DNA from: Eledone cirrhosa
Lineage: Eukaryota
Assembly: GCA_964016885.1 (NCBI GenBank)
Contig: OZ024742.1
Span: 363,196,001-363,260,000, forward strand
DNA: 64,000 nt
Direction of reading: 5' to 3'
Shown here: positions 37,898 to 53,914 of the stretch, in pieces
How the letters are laid out: every line of letters begins with the position of its first letter
Numbering within the stretch: the first letter of the stretch is position 1
Notes under the pieces: model-generated
The model's input: the letters and a program-made list of their open reading frames with translations, nothing else
Databases searched by the model: none
What the model was told of the DNA's origin: nothing
Translations under genes and position numbers: made by a program

Positions 37898-38465
37898 TTT
37901 ACATTTCATCCAAAGATATGTCCTCTGAAGGAACATTTAAATAAAAGTGAGCAAGGACATTATATACATATAGTAATTAGTGAAGACCTCTGACCTAAAC
38001 ATTAGAGTGTTCGGCTAACGATCTTGGAAACATAAATTGGTTTCAGGCCATGTGTTGTATCCTTAAGTGAAATAATTTATTTCATGTTACTCCATTCCAT
38101 TCAGCTGGAGGGAAATGGGATGTAGGTTAATTTAAGAATCTATTGGAACGTATAATAAAACCTGGGTTGGTAAAAAATAGTCAAGAAATGAAATGATAAT
38201 CAGAACAATAATATAAATGAAATATCTATTGACTTTGTAAGATGTTCATGACTTATAATCTCATATTTATAATAAGGAAGCGGTAGAGGGGTACAGTCGT
38301 AGGGCCGTACGCTGAAAGAGATACCTCGGTATATATTCTGGCTCACAACTCACAGAGTTCATATATCGCCGACGTCAATTTTGCTTGTCCTCCTCTCCAA
38401 GTCAATAAGTAAATTACCAATCCTATTGTGGGGGAGGGGTCAATTCTTTCTATCTATCATGTTCT

Positions 38466-38543
<78 letters not shown>

Positions 38544-38566
38544 CTTTGTCTGTTTCTCTGTCACTC

Positions 38567-38601
<35 letters not shown>

Positions 38602-38612
38602 ATCTATATCTT

Positions 38613-38644
<32 letters not shown>

Positions 38645-39759
38645 ACTCACATACATACTCTTTCAGTCTCTGAGGAAAATCGTGTGTGTTCCTGCCAGTA
38701 GAGAGTTGTACTTCACCAAGTTTAAGATACCCCAAACAGACCATGTGCCACTACCGCACCCCTACGACCTCACCAAGAGGAATCAGGCCCATACATACTC
38801 TCGGGTTTCGAATAATCGCAGCCCTCATGCTTATTAATTTTTCAGATTTTTTTAAACCCCTTCTTTTCTCTTTCCGTCCACCCCCACTTATTAAATTCTA
38901 TATTACGTGAAAACATTATACATGACAAAAATAAAAGACCATTACAAGAAATTTCATACATTTTACAAAATAAGTAGGATGGGTTTAGATCTCAATGTGT
39001 AAACTGAACGACTAATTCTGGTTTTAAATGAATCAAGTGAGACAACTTAGAAAAATCATAGTTTGTCCGAACCCCCGCTTATTTCAGCCACCCCCTATTA
39101 TTTTGGACCCAAGAGAAGTACATAAATAAGTGATTGCTGATATATAGAAGAAAGAGGTGCAGATGAAGATTACAGGAAAGAAATGTCATCATTAATGGTA
39201 GTATAGTTCTGTTAATAATAATCCTGATTGACTGAATCACGAGTGAAAATGTTGAGATGTCATCAATGACTTTAATAGTGACTTACACTAGTCGGATTCT
39301 AATACATTGTACACGAAAAATTATTGTTTTATACAGGATTGGTTTGTGGGGTAGCGTGACCTAGTGGTAAGGGTGTTGTACCTACGATCGCAATGTCATG
39401 GCTTCGATTCTAGGATTCACATTCCTCGAGTATAATCAGCTGAAAATAAATACCAGCAAAAGCTGGGAGTTTAACACTTCGATCCATTCTTGAAGATTCA
39501 TCACACAGATTGTTGAGAGTCTAATACATTCCTCTGGAATGGGACAGGATTTCATCGCAGAGTTTTCCAAAATTCTGCTGCTACACGTTTTTGTGTTGTA
39601 GAACAACATGAAGTGAAGTAATTTTCTTAAGGAAAACACAGCTCTGTCAGATAAATAAACCACTGTGCCACCCTGCGCATATAAGGAACACCAAATAAGG
39701 AACACCAGACACTGCAACCCAGTACATCTATATCTATATATATAAATATATATATATAT

Positions 39760-39945
39760 AATTGTTTCTACTTTAGGTACAAGACCAGCAATTACCCAGA
39801 GCATTACTGGTACTTTATTTTATCGACCCCATAAGGATGAAAGGCAAAGTCAACCTCGGCGGGATTTGAACTCAGATCGTAAAGGGACGTAACTATGTTG
39901 GAAAGCATGGCATCCGACCCTCTACCGATACTGCAAATTCACCAA
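39760..39945 (-). mobile_element. SINE family 1
   Basis: Reverse complement of 32799-32975. Confidence 0.85.
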
Positions 39946-40156
39946 TATATATATAATGCAATAAATTATGACATAATTAAATAGCTCTGTAGCTTATATA
40001 TAATTCAAACGAAGACATCGGAAACAAAAGTGAATCTAACGAGAAGATAATGAGAATATGAACGGTAATAGAAACGGAGAAAAACAGGTTTAGGGGGGAA
40101 GAAAGTTGCGGGGAGTCAGAAAAACGAGAAGATATAGACAAGGATACAAAAAACTT

Positions 40157-40202
<46 letters not shown>

Positions 40203-40714
40203 TGTGTTTGTATATATGTGTGTGTGCATATGTGTGTGTGAATATGTGTGCATGTGTGTGTAAATGTGTCTGTTTGTATGTGTATAAGTGTGTGTGTGTG
40301 AATATGTGGGCATGTCTGTGAATATGTGTGTACATGTTTATGTATATGTGTATGTATGTATGTCTGCCTGCGCTCACTCGAATAAGTACGTAAATATATT
40401 CAATTTCTAGTTAGGATGGATTTATTTACATACACCATTGTTATATAAGTAGAAGGGAAACTATAGATTAATGGCTAGCAGGTGGAGGTAGAGAGGATGG
40501 TGTAGAGAAAGGGGGAGACCTATGTTAATGTGAGCACCAGGTGAAGCTTGAAGAGATCACATGCTTAATGTAACCAATATATCATTTCATCTTTCTAGTA
40601 CTACCTTATTTGTACACGCTATGTATACAAATATGCATCCCTCCCACCATATATTCTTATATATATATATATATATATGTATACACACACACACATATAT
40701 ATATATACGTACAT

Positions 40715-40745
<31 letters not shown>

Positions 40746-40787
40746 CATACATACACATATATATATATATACATACATACACACATA

Positions 40788-40839
<52 letters not shown>

Positions 40840-40889
40840 TGTGTGTATGTATGTATATATATATATGTGTATATAGATATATGTGTATG

Positions 40890-40960
<71 letters not shown>

Positions 40961-41051
40961 GTATATATATATATATATATACACGTGTGTGTTTGTGTGT
41001 ATACATATATATATATATTTATAAGTATGTATAGTGGGAGGGATGCATATT

Positions 41052-41096
<45 letters not shown>

Positions 41097-41103
<7 letters not shown>

Positions 41104-42284
41104 GGGAAATGGTCGTGCTCGGTGTGTAGGAAAGGCGTAGGTAGAAACTCCATTTTATGTCCTAAATGCAAAGTATGGGTGCATAAAAGATGTAGTGGGA
41201 TCACAGGTAAGCTAACTAAGAACATAGATTTTACATGTGGCCGGTGTTCTGGTGCAATAAGTAGCAGCAAGTGCCCACAAAATACTAGCTCTTTCAATTG
41301 CGCAGAGGGTTCTATAGAAATAGTGGACAGCTTCCGTTACCTGGGCGATAAAATCAGCAGTGGGGGAGGGTACTCTGAAAGTACAGTAGCTAGAGTCAGA
41401 ACTGGTTGGAAAAAGTTCAGAGAGCTTATACCACTATTAGCTGCTAAAGTGTTCTCCCTAAAAATGAAAGGCAGGTTGTACGATGCCTGCATACGAACAG
41501 CAATGCTGCATGGCAGTGAGACCTGGGCATTGTGTGCAGAGGATATACGCAGACTAGAGAGGAACGAAGCTTGCATGCTCCGCTGGATGTGTAACAGTAA
41601 TATACGTGAACGGCAAAGCATAAACGAACTAAGGAAAAAATTAGAGATAAGAGGGATCAGATGTTGTTTACTCGAGAGAAGGCTACGTTGGTATGGACAC
41701 GTGATGCGCATGAAAGTCGATAGCTGTATAACAAAGTGCAGGGCAATAAAGATAGACGGTAGTCACGGAATAGGCAGACCTAGAAAAACCTGGGACGAGC
41801 TGATAAACTCCGACATCACACACTTACACCTCTCCAAGACAATGTCACTGGACCGAGACCTTTGGCGGTACTCAGTAACAGAGAAGACCCGCCTTACCTA
41901 AATATATAGTAAAACCTACTCCAACCAGTAGGCATCTCTAACAAAATACACCCCCCCCACCCCACCCCCACCCCATCCACACCACCCCGTTCTATGTAAA
42001 GTTATGTTGGTGCCGCGCCATAGGCCGAAACAAATGAGATCGTGTAGGTGTCACGACAAAAAAACACACAGTCCACGCTGTAATGTGGCCGTGTAGGCAA
42101 CACGGTAAAATCTTCCAGACCCACACTTTAAATGTGGTTGGTGTTAGGAAGGGCATCCATGTAGAAAACCTGCCAGACAGTCCTATGCGAGCAAGACAAT
42201 CACTCTTGCCTCAAGTGGGACTACCCCCGTCCAAACCCATGCAAGCGTGGAACACGGACGTTAAACGTTGATGATGATGATGAT
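41097..42284 (+). mobile_element. 5'-truncated RTE-clade LINE: PHD-like finger, RT C-terminus, 3' UTR, (GAT)n tail
   Basis: [51 protein letters not shown]; stop at 41901. Confidence 0.9.
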
Positions 42285-42480
42285 ATAGAGAGAGAGAGAG
42301 AGAGAGAGATAAAGATATATACATTCGATTCCGACCTGCGACTCATATATGCAACTTCGGAAATTTTGATAACTTTGATAGGTTTCGGCCAGTATTAGCC
42401 GAGGCCATGTCTAACTTAATAGCACCACCTATTATTTATATATATATATATAATTTATATATACATATATAATTTCAAAG

Positions 42481-42530
<50 letters not shown>

Positions 42531-42734
42531 ACACGAATAAATGATGGAATTACATGTCAGAGCATGGCAATCTCACAAAAAATGATGACCTCTAAGAATT
42601 CATATTGTGAGTGATTATGTTATACAACTCTGGTGGTTCTACGATATCAAAACGGCAAGAAGTCATCTCTAGTTCTATACAAGTTATGAACTGTGTCTTC
42701 TAACATAAATAGTAGCCTAGTTCTATACAAGTTA

Positions 42735-43642
42735 TAAACCAAGCCTTGGGTGTACATTAAAGGTGATGCCAACATCATTTGGGCAAAGCTGATGGAACAT
42801 TTTCCACATCATGAAGATAATGTAGCGCTCAAGGCGACGTTGGAGAGAATAAAAGTTGAGCTTTTCTAATCGACTACAATAGTCAAGGCCTGTCATGCCA
42901 TCTATCTTTTTGTAATCGATCTTTGGGGTGCTTCAACTTTCATTATAATTTGTTTCGTGTGGGGTGACCACAGTGGACAACAGTATTCAAGGTGGGGTCG
43001 GGAAAAAGTGGAGACGAGAAGGATAACAGTGTGGATATCTCTCGACTGGAAAGGTCTGAGAATCCAGGAACACATTCTGCGGGCCATATCAACTTTGCCG
43101 TTTATATGAGTGGCCCAGCTTATGTCGTTGTCCACAATTACTCTCAGGTCTCTGATGTTATTGGCTGCCACGAGAGTTTCACCTGAAGGAATAAAGTATG
43201 GTAGTTTCAGGGCATCCTTTTTTCCAAGGTGGATTAATTCAAATTTATCCTCATTCAACAGCATATTATTCATTTCTGCCCATTGGATAACAGCCAGTAG
43301 GTCTGACTGAAAGCAAGTCCGGTCACCCACCTCATTGATGACCCTTTGGAGGTTGGAATCATCTGCGAAAATTCTGATGTTGCTGTGCTTGATGTTGTCA
43401 GTAATAATGTCATTAATGTAGATAATGAAAAGAAGTGGGCCCAACACAGTGCCTTGTGGGACGCCACTGCAGACTTTGGCAGGGCTTGATTTTACTCCTT
43501 CGACTAACATGCTGGGTTCTGTCTGTCAGGAAACATTTGATCCACTGTAGTAACTTTCCAGAGACACCAACATTGGATAGTTTTTTCAGTAGAATCTTAT
43601 GATCAACCCTGTCAAAGGCCTTGCTGAAGTCAAGGTAGATCG
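42735..43642 (-). mobile_element. CR1-like LINE reverse transcriptase fragment (frameshifted)
   Basis: YLDFSKAFDRV, SGVPQGTVLGPLLFIIYIND, IFADD, RPHLEYCCPLWSP. Confidence 0.85.
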
Positions 43643-43703
43643 CTATATATTGTTGTTTCAGAACAAGCTGTCACACCCACACAACACACACTATCTCTCT
43701 CCT

Positions 43704-43806
<103 letters not shown>

Positions 43807-43960
43807 TCATATATGTGTATATATCTATATATTAAATCATATATATATATTCAAAGTTCTTGTTTAATTTTTAATATGTTACTCCCGTAACTATGTGCGT
43901 TTACACTCTTTACAAATTATCCCCTGTATTTGTTAGATGTGTTTATTTTATATATATGTA

Positions 43961-45373
<1,413 letters not shown>

Positions 45374-45404
45374 TATATATATGTATATATATATATATAT
45401 ATAT

Positions 45405-45658
45405 AAATTATTAGAAATGTAATCTATCGCCGTATTTTGAATAAAGAAATTATTTAGCCTGATAGTGGGGTTAAGAACCCTCGGAGAAATGGAAAAAGAT
45501 GAGTATTGACGTACAATACTCATCTTTTTCCATTTCTCCGAGGGTTCTTAACCCAACTATCAGGCTAAATAATTTCTTTAATTTCTTTAGTCAAAATAAG
45601 GCGATAGATTACATTTCTAATAATTTCAAACCTACTCGCTGTTTCGAAAATATTCTTA

Positions 45659-45661
<3 letters not shown>
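45405..45661. mobile_element. Short palindromic TA-flanked element with right tail
   Basis: About 105-bp arms centred near 45511; unique 45627-45661. Confidence 0.7.
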
Positions 45662-45727
<66 letters not shown>

Positions 45728-45878
45728 TCCTACTTTTGATTTAATATAATTGTTCGGATTTACTACTTGGAAATTTTGAGCATATTCCACAGATGGTATG
45801 GCGTATGATTCTGATATTCTCAGACATGACATCCTTAATATAATATTGGTCTCTATATATATATATATATGTGTGTGT

Positions 45879-45949
<71 letters not shown>

Positions 45950-46091
45950 TGTGTGTGTGTGTGCGTGTGCGTATGTTTATCTAACTATAGAGGGTGTCGC
46001 AAAAATATATACACACTTTGATTACTTTGCTGTTGAATTGTATGTACATTTTTTGGGACACTTTGCATATACATATATAATTACATGTGTA

Positions 46092-46126
<35 letters not shown>

Positions 46127-46507
46127 ATGGGTGTGTGTGAGAGAGTGTGTGTGTTTTTGTGTGTGTTCGCATACACACATATATATATACATGCAGAGAG
46201 AAGTAAGAAATAATGAAGAGAATGGAGAGAAACCTGGAGATTCCTATTGCAAATCTCAACCCAGTCTTTAATGGCAAGATTTCCCATGAGGATATTCCGT
46301 TAAACGGCGTCTAATGAAGAGTTCATCCTCCTCACACTATACCATACTATATCCAGTTCTATTTAATTGATCACTAAGAAATCAAACAGTTTGCTGTGCT
46401 GTTTATTGCCCCCGTCGTTATTACTCGTTCCTTTTATATCTATATACATCCCAATGACAAGAGAATCATTCAACTCATTTCCTCTGCAACCTTGTAATCA
46501 ACCTTAC

Positions 46508-46576
46508 AGTGGAAATAGTCACAAGAAATAATAGCACTATAATAGCACTTGCATCTTTTCTTGTCTTCGTTAGCAT
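46508..46576 (-). CDS. Possible first coding exon (signal-peptide-like)
   Basis: ATG-MLTKTRKDASAIIVLLFLVTIST followed by GTAAGG donor in unique sequence; no partner exons identified. Confidence 0.2.
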
Positions 46577-46790
46577 TTGTAATACATCATATCAAATTTG
46601 TAGCTTACATCCATATAATCGCTGTCGGTCACACACGCTTGCAGAGGTTGGGGTGACAGATATATCTAAATATCTGTATATACATATACCTATATCCATA
46701 TATATATAAATATACATATATATATGTGTGTGTGTGTGTGTGTTTGTGGGTGTGTATGTATGTATACATGCATATATATATATGTATGTG

Positions 46791-46826
<36 letters not shown>

Positions 46827-46906
46827 CGTACATGTTCAAGCTCACATCTATAAAATGTACTTAGATTCCTTGTATGTACGCACATATTCACACACACATA
46901 CATACA

Positions 46907-47024
<118 letters not shown>

Positions 47025-47869
47025 GTATATATACACACACACACATATATGATATAGAAATAGAAAGGTCTGTATACATCCTAACAGAACTACATTTATG
47101 TTATGAGGTCTCCTTTATCTATTACAAACCCCGAAAGCAGTAAATTATAATATGTAGTTTATAACCTGATCAAACGAACTATCCTCTTCTGTTCAATAGC
47201 TAACATTTAGTTCAACAGTTACTGCCATCATCAGTGGACACTGTGGAAAGGTTTATTATAGATGTAGGAACTATTATTCACTTGATACCGTGGAGATGAG
47301 CTTTAAATGAAGGAGGACGTTGGAATGTGTTATGTATATAAAGGAAAGGAATGTTTCTCTTTGTTGAATATAAGTCACCAATTTGGTTGAGGTATATAAG
47401 TACCAATTTAGCAGAGAAGTATATTTCGAGAGTTGTAATGTCGCCACGAGGAACCAGGTTTGGTAGAAAGATGTGATAGGAATATCGACAACGACTTTAG
47501 CTTGTTTTTACATTATTTATTAACAAAGGTTAAGAAGTGAATTAAGCTGGCATGCCAAGAATAATGAAATAATTCAATTAAGATTACGAGAGAAAATACG
47601 GGCGACTGGCTGAAGGCGTTTGGCCAGGCTCGTAGGTAATGTTTTGTCGTTACATATTGTTTGTGCTTACGGAGCAAAAGAACAAGCGTGTTTTACCTTA
47701 GCATGGTCCAGCTGCGAGTCATAGCGTCCTCAAATGTTTGCGGGCTATTTCTCCCTCAGAACGCGTAGGGATACATCCTCTTCTACTGGCGCTGATTGGC
47801 TGAGCTGAGCCAAATCACGCACAGAGAATGTATGTGAGCCCGCGGAATGTAGGTCACTACATATATATT

Positions 47870-47987
47870 AATTGTTTCTACTTTTAGCACAAGGCCAGCA
47901 ATTACCCAGTACATTACTGGTACTTTATTTTATCGACCCCGTAAGGATGAAAGGCAAAGTTAACCTCGGCGGGATTTGAACTCAGAA
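47870..47987 (-). mobile_element. SINE family 1, truncated
   Basis: Shared core. Confidence 0.8.
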
Positions 47988-48130
47988 TGGCAAAATATAC
48001 ACTACATATATATTAATGTCATGTCGTATGTTTATCTTCATGGCTATACTGTATATTCGTGAGTGATTCGGAAGAAATATCTCTGGTTATTTGATTATAG
48101 CATTTGAAACATCTGAATTATATCTATATA

Positions 48131-48198
<68 letters not shown>

Positions 48199-48249
48199 GG
48201 TGTGAAGTATTTCCGTCGGAAAGGCACAGGATATATATATATATGTGTG

Positions 48250-48347
<98 letters not shown>

Positions 48348-48385
48348 AATATATGTAAATATATATATATATATATATATATATA

Positions 48386-48594
48386 CGTAGGTCTCGGGTT
48401 GAGTCGGGGATAACCACAGTAAGTAAGGTACTCAATACATGGCAGAGTAAACTTTTTTTATTTTATAGAAGGAGCTTCTACAGGACTAGTACTGTTTCAT
48501 TCAGATGAAATCTTCAGGAAGCAGTGCTTCCTGAAGATTTCATCTGAATGAAACAGTACTAGTCCTGTAGAAGCTCCTTCTATAAAATAAAAAT

Positions 48595-48598
<4 letters not shown>
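48386..48598. mobile_element. Family B miniature twin-HHR palindrome with tail (best preserved)
   Basis: Perfect inverted repeat centred at 48524. Confidence 0.9.
48526..48574 (+). ncRNA. Type I hammerhead (family B); mirror 48474-48522 on minus
   Basis: GCUUC-CUGAAGA-U-UUCA(UC)UGAA-U-GAAA-CAG(UACUAGUC)CUG-UA^GAAGC. Confidence 0.85.
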
Positions 48599-48639
<41 letters not shown>

Positions 48640-48902
48640 GGGTGGCTTGAACTCCCACTGACCATATCGAGTTGTCGGCCGAGGAGGTGAAAGATTGGTA
48701 GATAGAGAGAACAAACAAGGTTGGTAGTATTCTGGATGTAGGTGAATGTGTCAGTCACCCACACACCCCTGTGATATGCGCAGAACTGTCTGGATGGCCT
48801 GAAACCAGAAGGGGGCGGACAACCAAAGCAAAAACACATTTTTTTAGTCCGCTCCATTCCAAATATAATTGCCTCAGAAATGTTACCTTTTAATCAATAT
48901 TT

Positions 48903-48952
48903 GCTGTCTGAAGAGATAACGATTTTATCGTCATTGAAATATATATAACGGC
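48903..48952 (+). ncRNA. Type I hammerhead in TA-flanked element 48636-49003
   Basis: GCUGU-CUGAAGA-GAUAACGAU(UUU)AUCGUCAUU-GAAA-UAUAUA-UA^ACGGC. Confidence 0.8.
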
Positions 48953-49727
48953 TCAAATAATAAAGGAGTCTAGCACCTTCAACTTCGAATTTTCATCTTC
49001 ATTATATATATATATATATGCGATTCTCGCTAAATTTATATTTGTATTAATCTCCCAAGTCAAGCGATTAACCAGTTAATTTCTTTGGCTTTATAGTTAA
49101 TTCTATTGACTGAGTAATCGCTTAAGTTTATTTTAAAAACATCTCGGTCCAGAGCTTTATTCGTTTTGTGCTGTTTTTGCAAACTTTTACAATAACTACA
49201 CACGCTCAATTCACTGACCAAAATAAGGGTTTTCTCCCCTTAGAACCTCACATGCACTATACACGCTGAATTCACTGACCAAAATAGGGGTTTTCTCCCC
49301 TTAGAACCTCACATGTACCTTCATAACCTGTGAGATTCTGGACCACAAAGAACAAAATGTCTGTTGAGAAAGCGAGGCCTTGTTCGATCATTATACCAAA
49401 AGCTTATTTTTTATAAGCAGACAGTATTATTTAGGTGTTGATTTAGGTGTTGCAGAAACCCAAATTCGGAGTATTCCATCTTCCCCGAGGGTCCGGGTGA
49501 CTATTTCAATCATATCTTATTTTGTTTGACCCGTTTAGCTTGTTCGCTTATTTTGCTCTGGTGGTTAATAGCTTCTTCAACATCGTCTCAGTTTGTTTGA
49601 CCTTTTAAACTTATGTTTATAGCTCTGGTATCTTCTTCATATCCATGGAGCGCTTGTCTACACAATACGGATGTTGCGTTTCGGTAATTTCTACCCGCCG
49701 AAATGCGATTCTCGCTAAATTTATATT

Positions 49728-49814
<87 letters not shown>

Positions 49815-50393
49815 TGTATAGAAGGAGCTTCTGCAGGACTAGTACTGTTTCATTCAGAGAAATCTTCAGGATGCTGGGTGTCATATTAAGTTCTGGTATT
49901 TATACATTTAGGTAGTGGTAAGGGAGGGGTGGTGGCTGGGGGGGGGGGATTTTGGGGGTAGGATGGTATTTAGATACACAGGACCACAACATGGCACAGA
50001 CCGTTTTTTCTTTGGGGAGTGGTCAATTAGCCGGAGTGCTTTTGTAAAATAAAAAGAAGAGGAAAAGAAAAAGTAAATAAATAAGTAAATAAATAAATAA
50101 ATAAATAAATAAATGAATGAATAAATAGATAAATAAATAAATAAAAATAAATAAAAAAACCCAAGAATAGTAATTCAACAGATATATAGTAGGGAAATTG
50201 TTTTAGTGTGGATTGGTATTAGAAGATAAACAAGACCGAATCATGGCGCAGACCACTGTTCTAAGGTGAGTGGTCAAGTTAACATACAAACTACAGGTGG
50301 CCAGAGTGTTTTTGTAGAATGAAAAGAATAAAGTATATTTACATTCTCACAACCACATACATAAACACTTACACACACATATATATGTATATC

Positions 50394-50429
<36 letters not shown>

Positions 50430-51238
50430 AAAAAGCACATACACACACATATACACACACACGCATACACATACACACACATATATGCATACACACACAT
50501 ACATATCTACATATATATATATACATATATATATATACATATACATGTATGTATGTCTCTCGGTATAAACTATACTATACATACATATACATACATATAC
50601 ACACACATACATACACATACATACACACACACAAACACATACATACACACATCTATATATATATATATACATATATATACATATATATATATATATACAT
50701 ACACATATATATGCACACACACATACATACACATACACACATACAAATACATACACATATACACATATAAACATACACGCACTCGTTCACACACATATAT
50801 ATGTATCTATATATATATATATATATTGGGAAAAAGTAGTGGGACAAATTATAAACTGAACCTGATAGAAGATTAACATATTTATTATCACTACTAAATT
50901 ATTAATATTATAATCAAGTAAATAATTATTATTTATTATTTACCATAAACTATTCATTACCTATCTTTTATCTTTTATCTATTCATTATTTAATCATTCA
51001 CTTATTAAATAATAAATAAATGAATTAACTAACAAACAAACAAACAAACAGATAAACAAATAAACTAATAACTAAATAAATAAATAAACAAATAAATAAA
51101 TATATAAATAAATAGATAAATAAATAAATCTCGAACGTGTGCGTGCAGCAGTTCAGAACTGCACGTATGCAAGCATGAGCAGATATATACGTGAATTTGT
51201 CTGTGCGGCCACGGAACCTTACTCAGAGGCATACAACA

Positions 51239-52230
51239 TTCGAACTTAACTAAAGCTAACTTCCTAGACGTTACCCTCGACTTAGAAACTTCCCTTTACT
51301 ACCCGTACCACAAACCTAATGAATCCCTTAGATATATAGACGTTAATTCTAACCACCCCAAAAATATATTAGACAACCTAGTGACTAGTGTCTCCATTAG
51401 GATATCTAGCCTCGCGGCCAATGAAGATATCTTTAGAGCAGCAGCCCCCTATTACAACGAGGCCCTGGCCCGCAGCGGCTTTAGAGATAAGATCACCTAC
51501 CTTAGTATAGCCCCACGCCCACCCAGGAAGAATAGGCGAAAGGCACATTAGCTGGTACAACCCTCCCTTCAACCGCGAAGTTTCAACACCTGTAGCTAAA
51601 ATTTTCTTCACTCTCTTACAAAAACACTTCCCCACCCAACATAGGTACTATACAATCCTTAATAAGAATACCATCAGACTCTCCTACTCTACCACACCTA
51701 ATCTAGCTAGGAACTTAGCCAACAATAACGTCAATAAGCTAAATAAGTCTACTTTTTCCGAAGCCCATCCAGCAACCGATGGCAATTGCAATTGCCCTGA
51801 TAAGACTACATGCCCCCTCAACAACAACTGTCTAAAAAAAGAACTCGTCTATATATGCGATGTACTCTCAGGTCCCGATGAAAAAAGAAACTCGTACATC
51901 GGGATGACTTCCAACAGTTTTAAGACTCGCTGGTACGCCCACACACATTCGTTCCGGCGCCCAGACAAATCTAACCAAGCAACACTCGCCGCCCACATCT
52001 GGCACCTTAAAAGGAACTCCATCCCCTTCAAGACCCAATGGAGACTACTCCAGAGAGCGCGATCTTACACGGGAGGCCATAATTGCTGTGACCTCTGTAT
52101 CTCCGAGAGCTATGAGATTCTATTCGCCAAAGGCCCTCTCCTCAACAAGATCTCGGAACACTCCCCTAATTGCATGCACAAGAACTATGCAAATTACAAA
52201 AACTACAGACCCACCCGGCCCCCCGATTGC
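51239..52230 (+). pseudogene. PLE RT C-terminus + GIY-YIG, 5'-truncated, frameshift near 51540
   Basis: ANFLDVTLDL..YYPYHKPN..SNHP, WYNPPF, CNCPDKTTCPL, LVY..YIG, CDLC; clearly related to the 12159 ORF. Confidence 0.9.
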
Positions 52231-52927
52231 CCCCCCCCCATATCACCCCCCCGTCCCCCATCCCACTTCCATCCCTCCATCTCTCATTATTACCTTCTTT
52301 CCTCCCATCCATCTCTCATTATTACCTTCTTTCCCCCCCTCCAGGTCTTATATTGTGTTGTATGCCTCTGAGTAAGGTTCCGTGGCCGCACACACAAATT
52401 CACGTATATATCTGCTCATGCTTGCATACGTGCAATTATGAACTGCTGCACGCACACGTTCGAGATTTATTTATTTATCTATTTATTTATTTGTTTATTT
52501 ATTTATTTAGTTATTTCATTTATTTATTTATTTATTTATTAATCTATCTATTTATTTATTTATTTATTTATTTATTTATTTGTTTATCTGTTTGTTTGTT
52601 AGTTAATTCATTTATTTATTATTTAATAAGTGAATGATTAAATAATGAATAGATAAAAGATAAAAGATAGGTAATGAATAGTGAATGGTAAATAATAAAT
52701 AATTATTATTTACTTGATGATAATATTAATAATTTAGTAGTGATAATAAATATTTTAATCTTCTATGAGGCTCAGTTTATAATTTGTCCCACTACTTTTT
52801 CCCTATATATATATATATATAGATACATATATATGTGTGTGAACGAGGGAGTGTATGTGTATATGTGTATATGTGTATGTATTTGTATGTGTGTATGTGT
52901 ATGTATGTGTGTGTGCATATATATGTG

Positions 52928-52968
<41 letters not shown>

Positions 52969-53037
52969 AAAAAGATATCAAATCGAAAATGCAACTGGAG
53001 TCTTATTTTAAAAAAATATATATATATTTATTTGGTT

Positions 53038-53075
53038 CCTTTACCGGTTTCGCAGTTCTTCTGCTTTTCAAAAGG
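53038..53075 (-). ncRNA. Minimal type I hammerhead, U3-A8 variant
   Basis: CCUU-UUGAAAA-GCAG(AAGAA)CUGC-GAAA-CCGG-UA^AAGG. Confidence 0.8.
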
Positions 53076-53309
53076 TGAGTTGAGATGGAGGATCTGTGGT
53101 TTTTCTCACATCTGGTTGGTCTCTGAATGTTACTTATTTTATATGGAAAAAGTGGCTCGAAATGCCAGGTTTTTCGAGAAGTAATTTGATTGGTTTGTCA
53201 ATAATTATAATAAATTTCGTGCCAGTTCGCGTTACAATAGTACTTCAAATAAGGGGGGGGGGGTTGTCACAGGTTGTTTTTTCATATATGAGTGTTTGAA
53301 TTTCTTTTT

Positions 53310-53914
53310 ACTTGAAAAAAGGAGGCTCACGAAGGCTTTTTTTTGGTTGGTTATAAATGGAATTATGGCTGTCACGTGAACAAATTTTCATTAAATTTTT
53401 GTGCCCTTATTTGGAAATCCATTCTCTAGCCTTTTTAGAGAATTTTTTGATAAAAAGATAATGGTCAAGAGAAAGGGATGGGAGAATTGTTCTGGTTCAG
53501 TGAATATGGTTAGTTCGCTGGGGTGTCAGAATTCAGATTTTCTATTGAATAAAGAAAGTAAAGATATGTGTTTTTATTTGTGTGCTTGTGTGTGTGTGTG
53601 CGTGTGTGTGTGTGTGTGTGTTTGAATGTCTTTACTTTAGAAAAAGGTGGCTCACGAAGGCTTTTTTTAATAAACGTGATTTGATTGGTTATAAATGAAA
53701 TTTCGCTGTCACGTGAACAAGTTTTTATTACATTTTTGCCCCCTTATTTGGAAAACTATTCTTTATAGCGAATGTTATGACAATGGACAGATAGTGGTCA
53801 AGAGAAAAGGGATTGTTCTGGTTCAGTGAATATGGTTAGTTCGCTGGGGTGTCAGAGTTCAGATTTTCTATTGAAGTGAAGATATGTATGTTTATTTGTG
53901 TGCTTGTGTGTGTG

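Noticed and set aside
39436-39730. 122-aa minus-strand ORF as a host exon
   Set aside because: Starts in SINE/TA sequence; remainder at most faintly resembles a decayed transposase C-terminus
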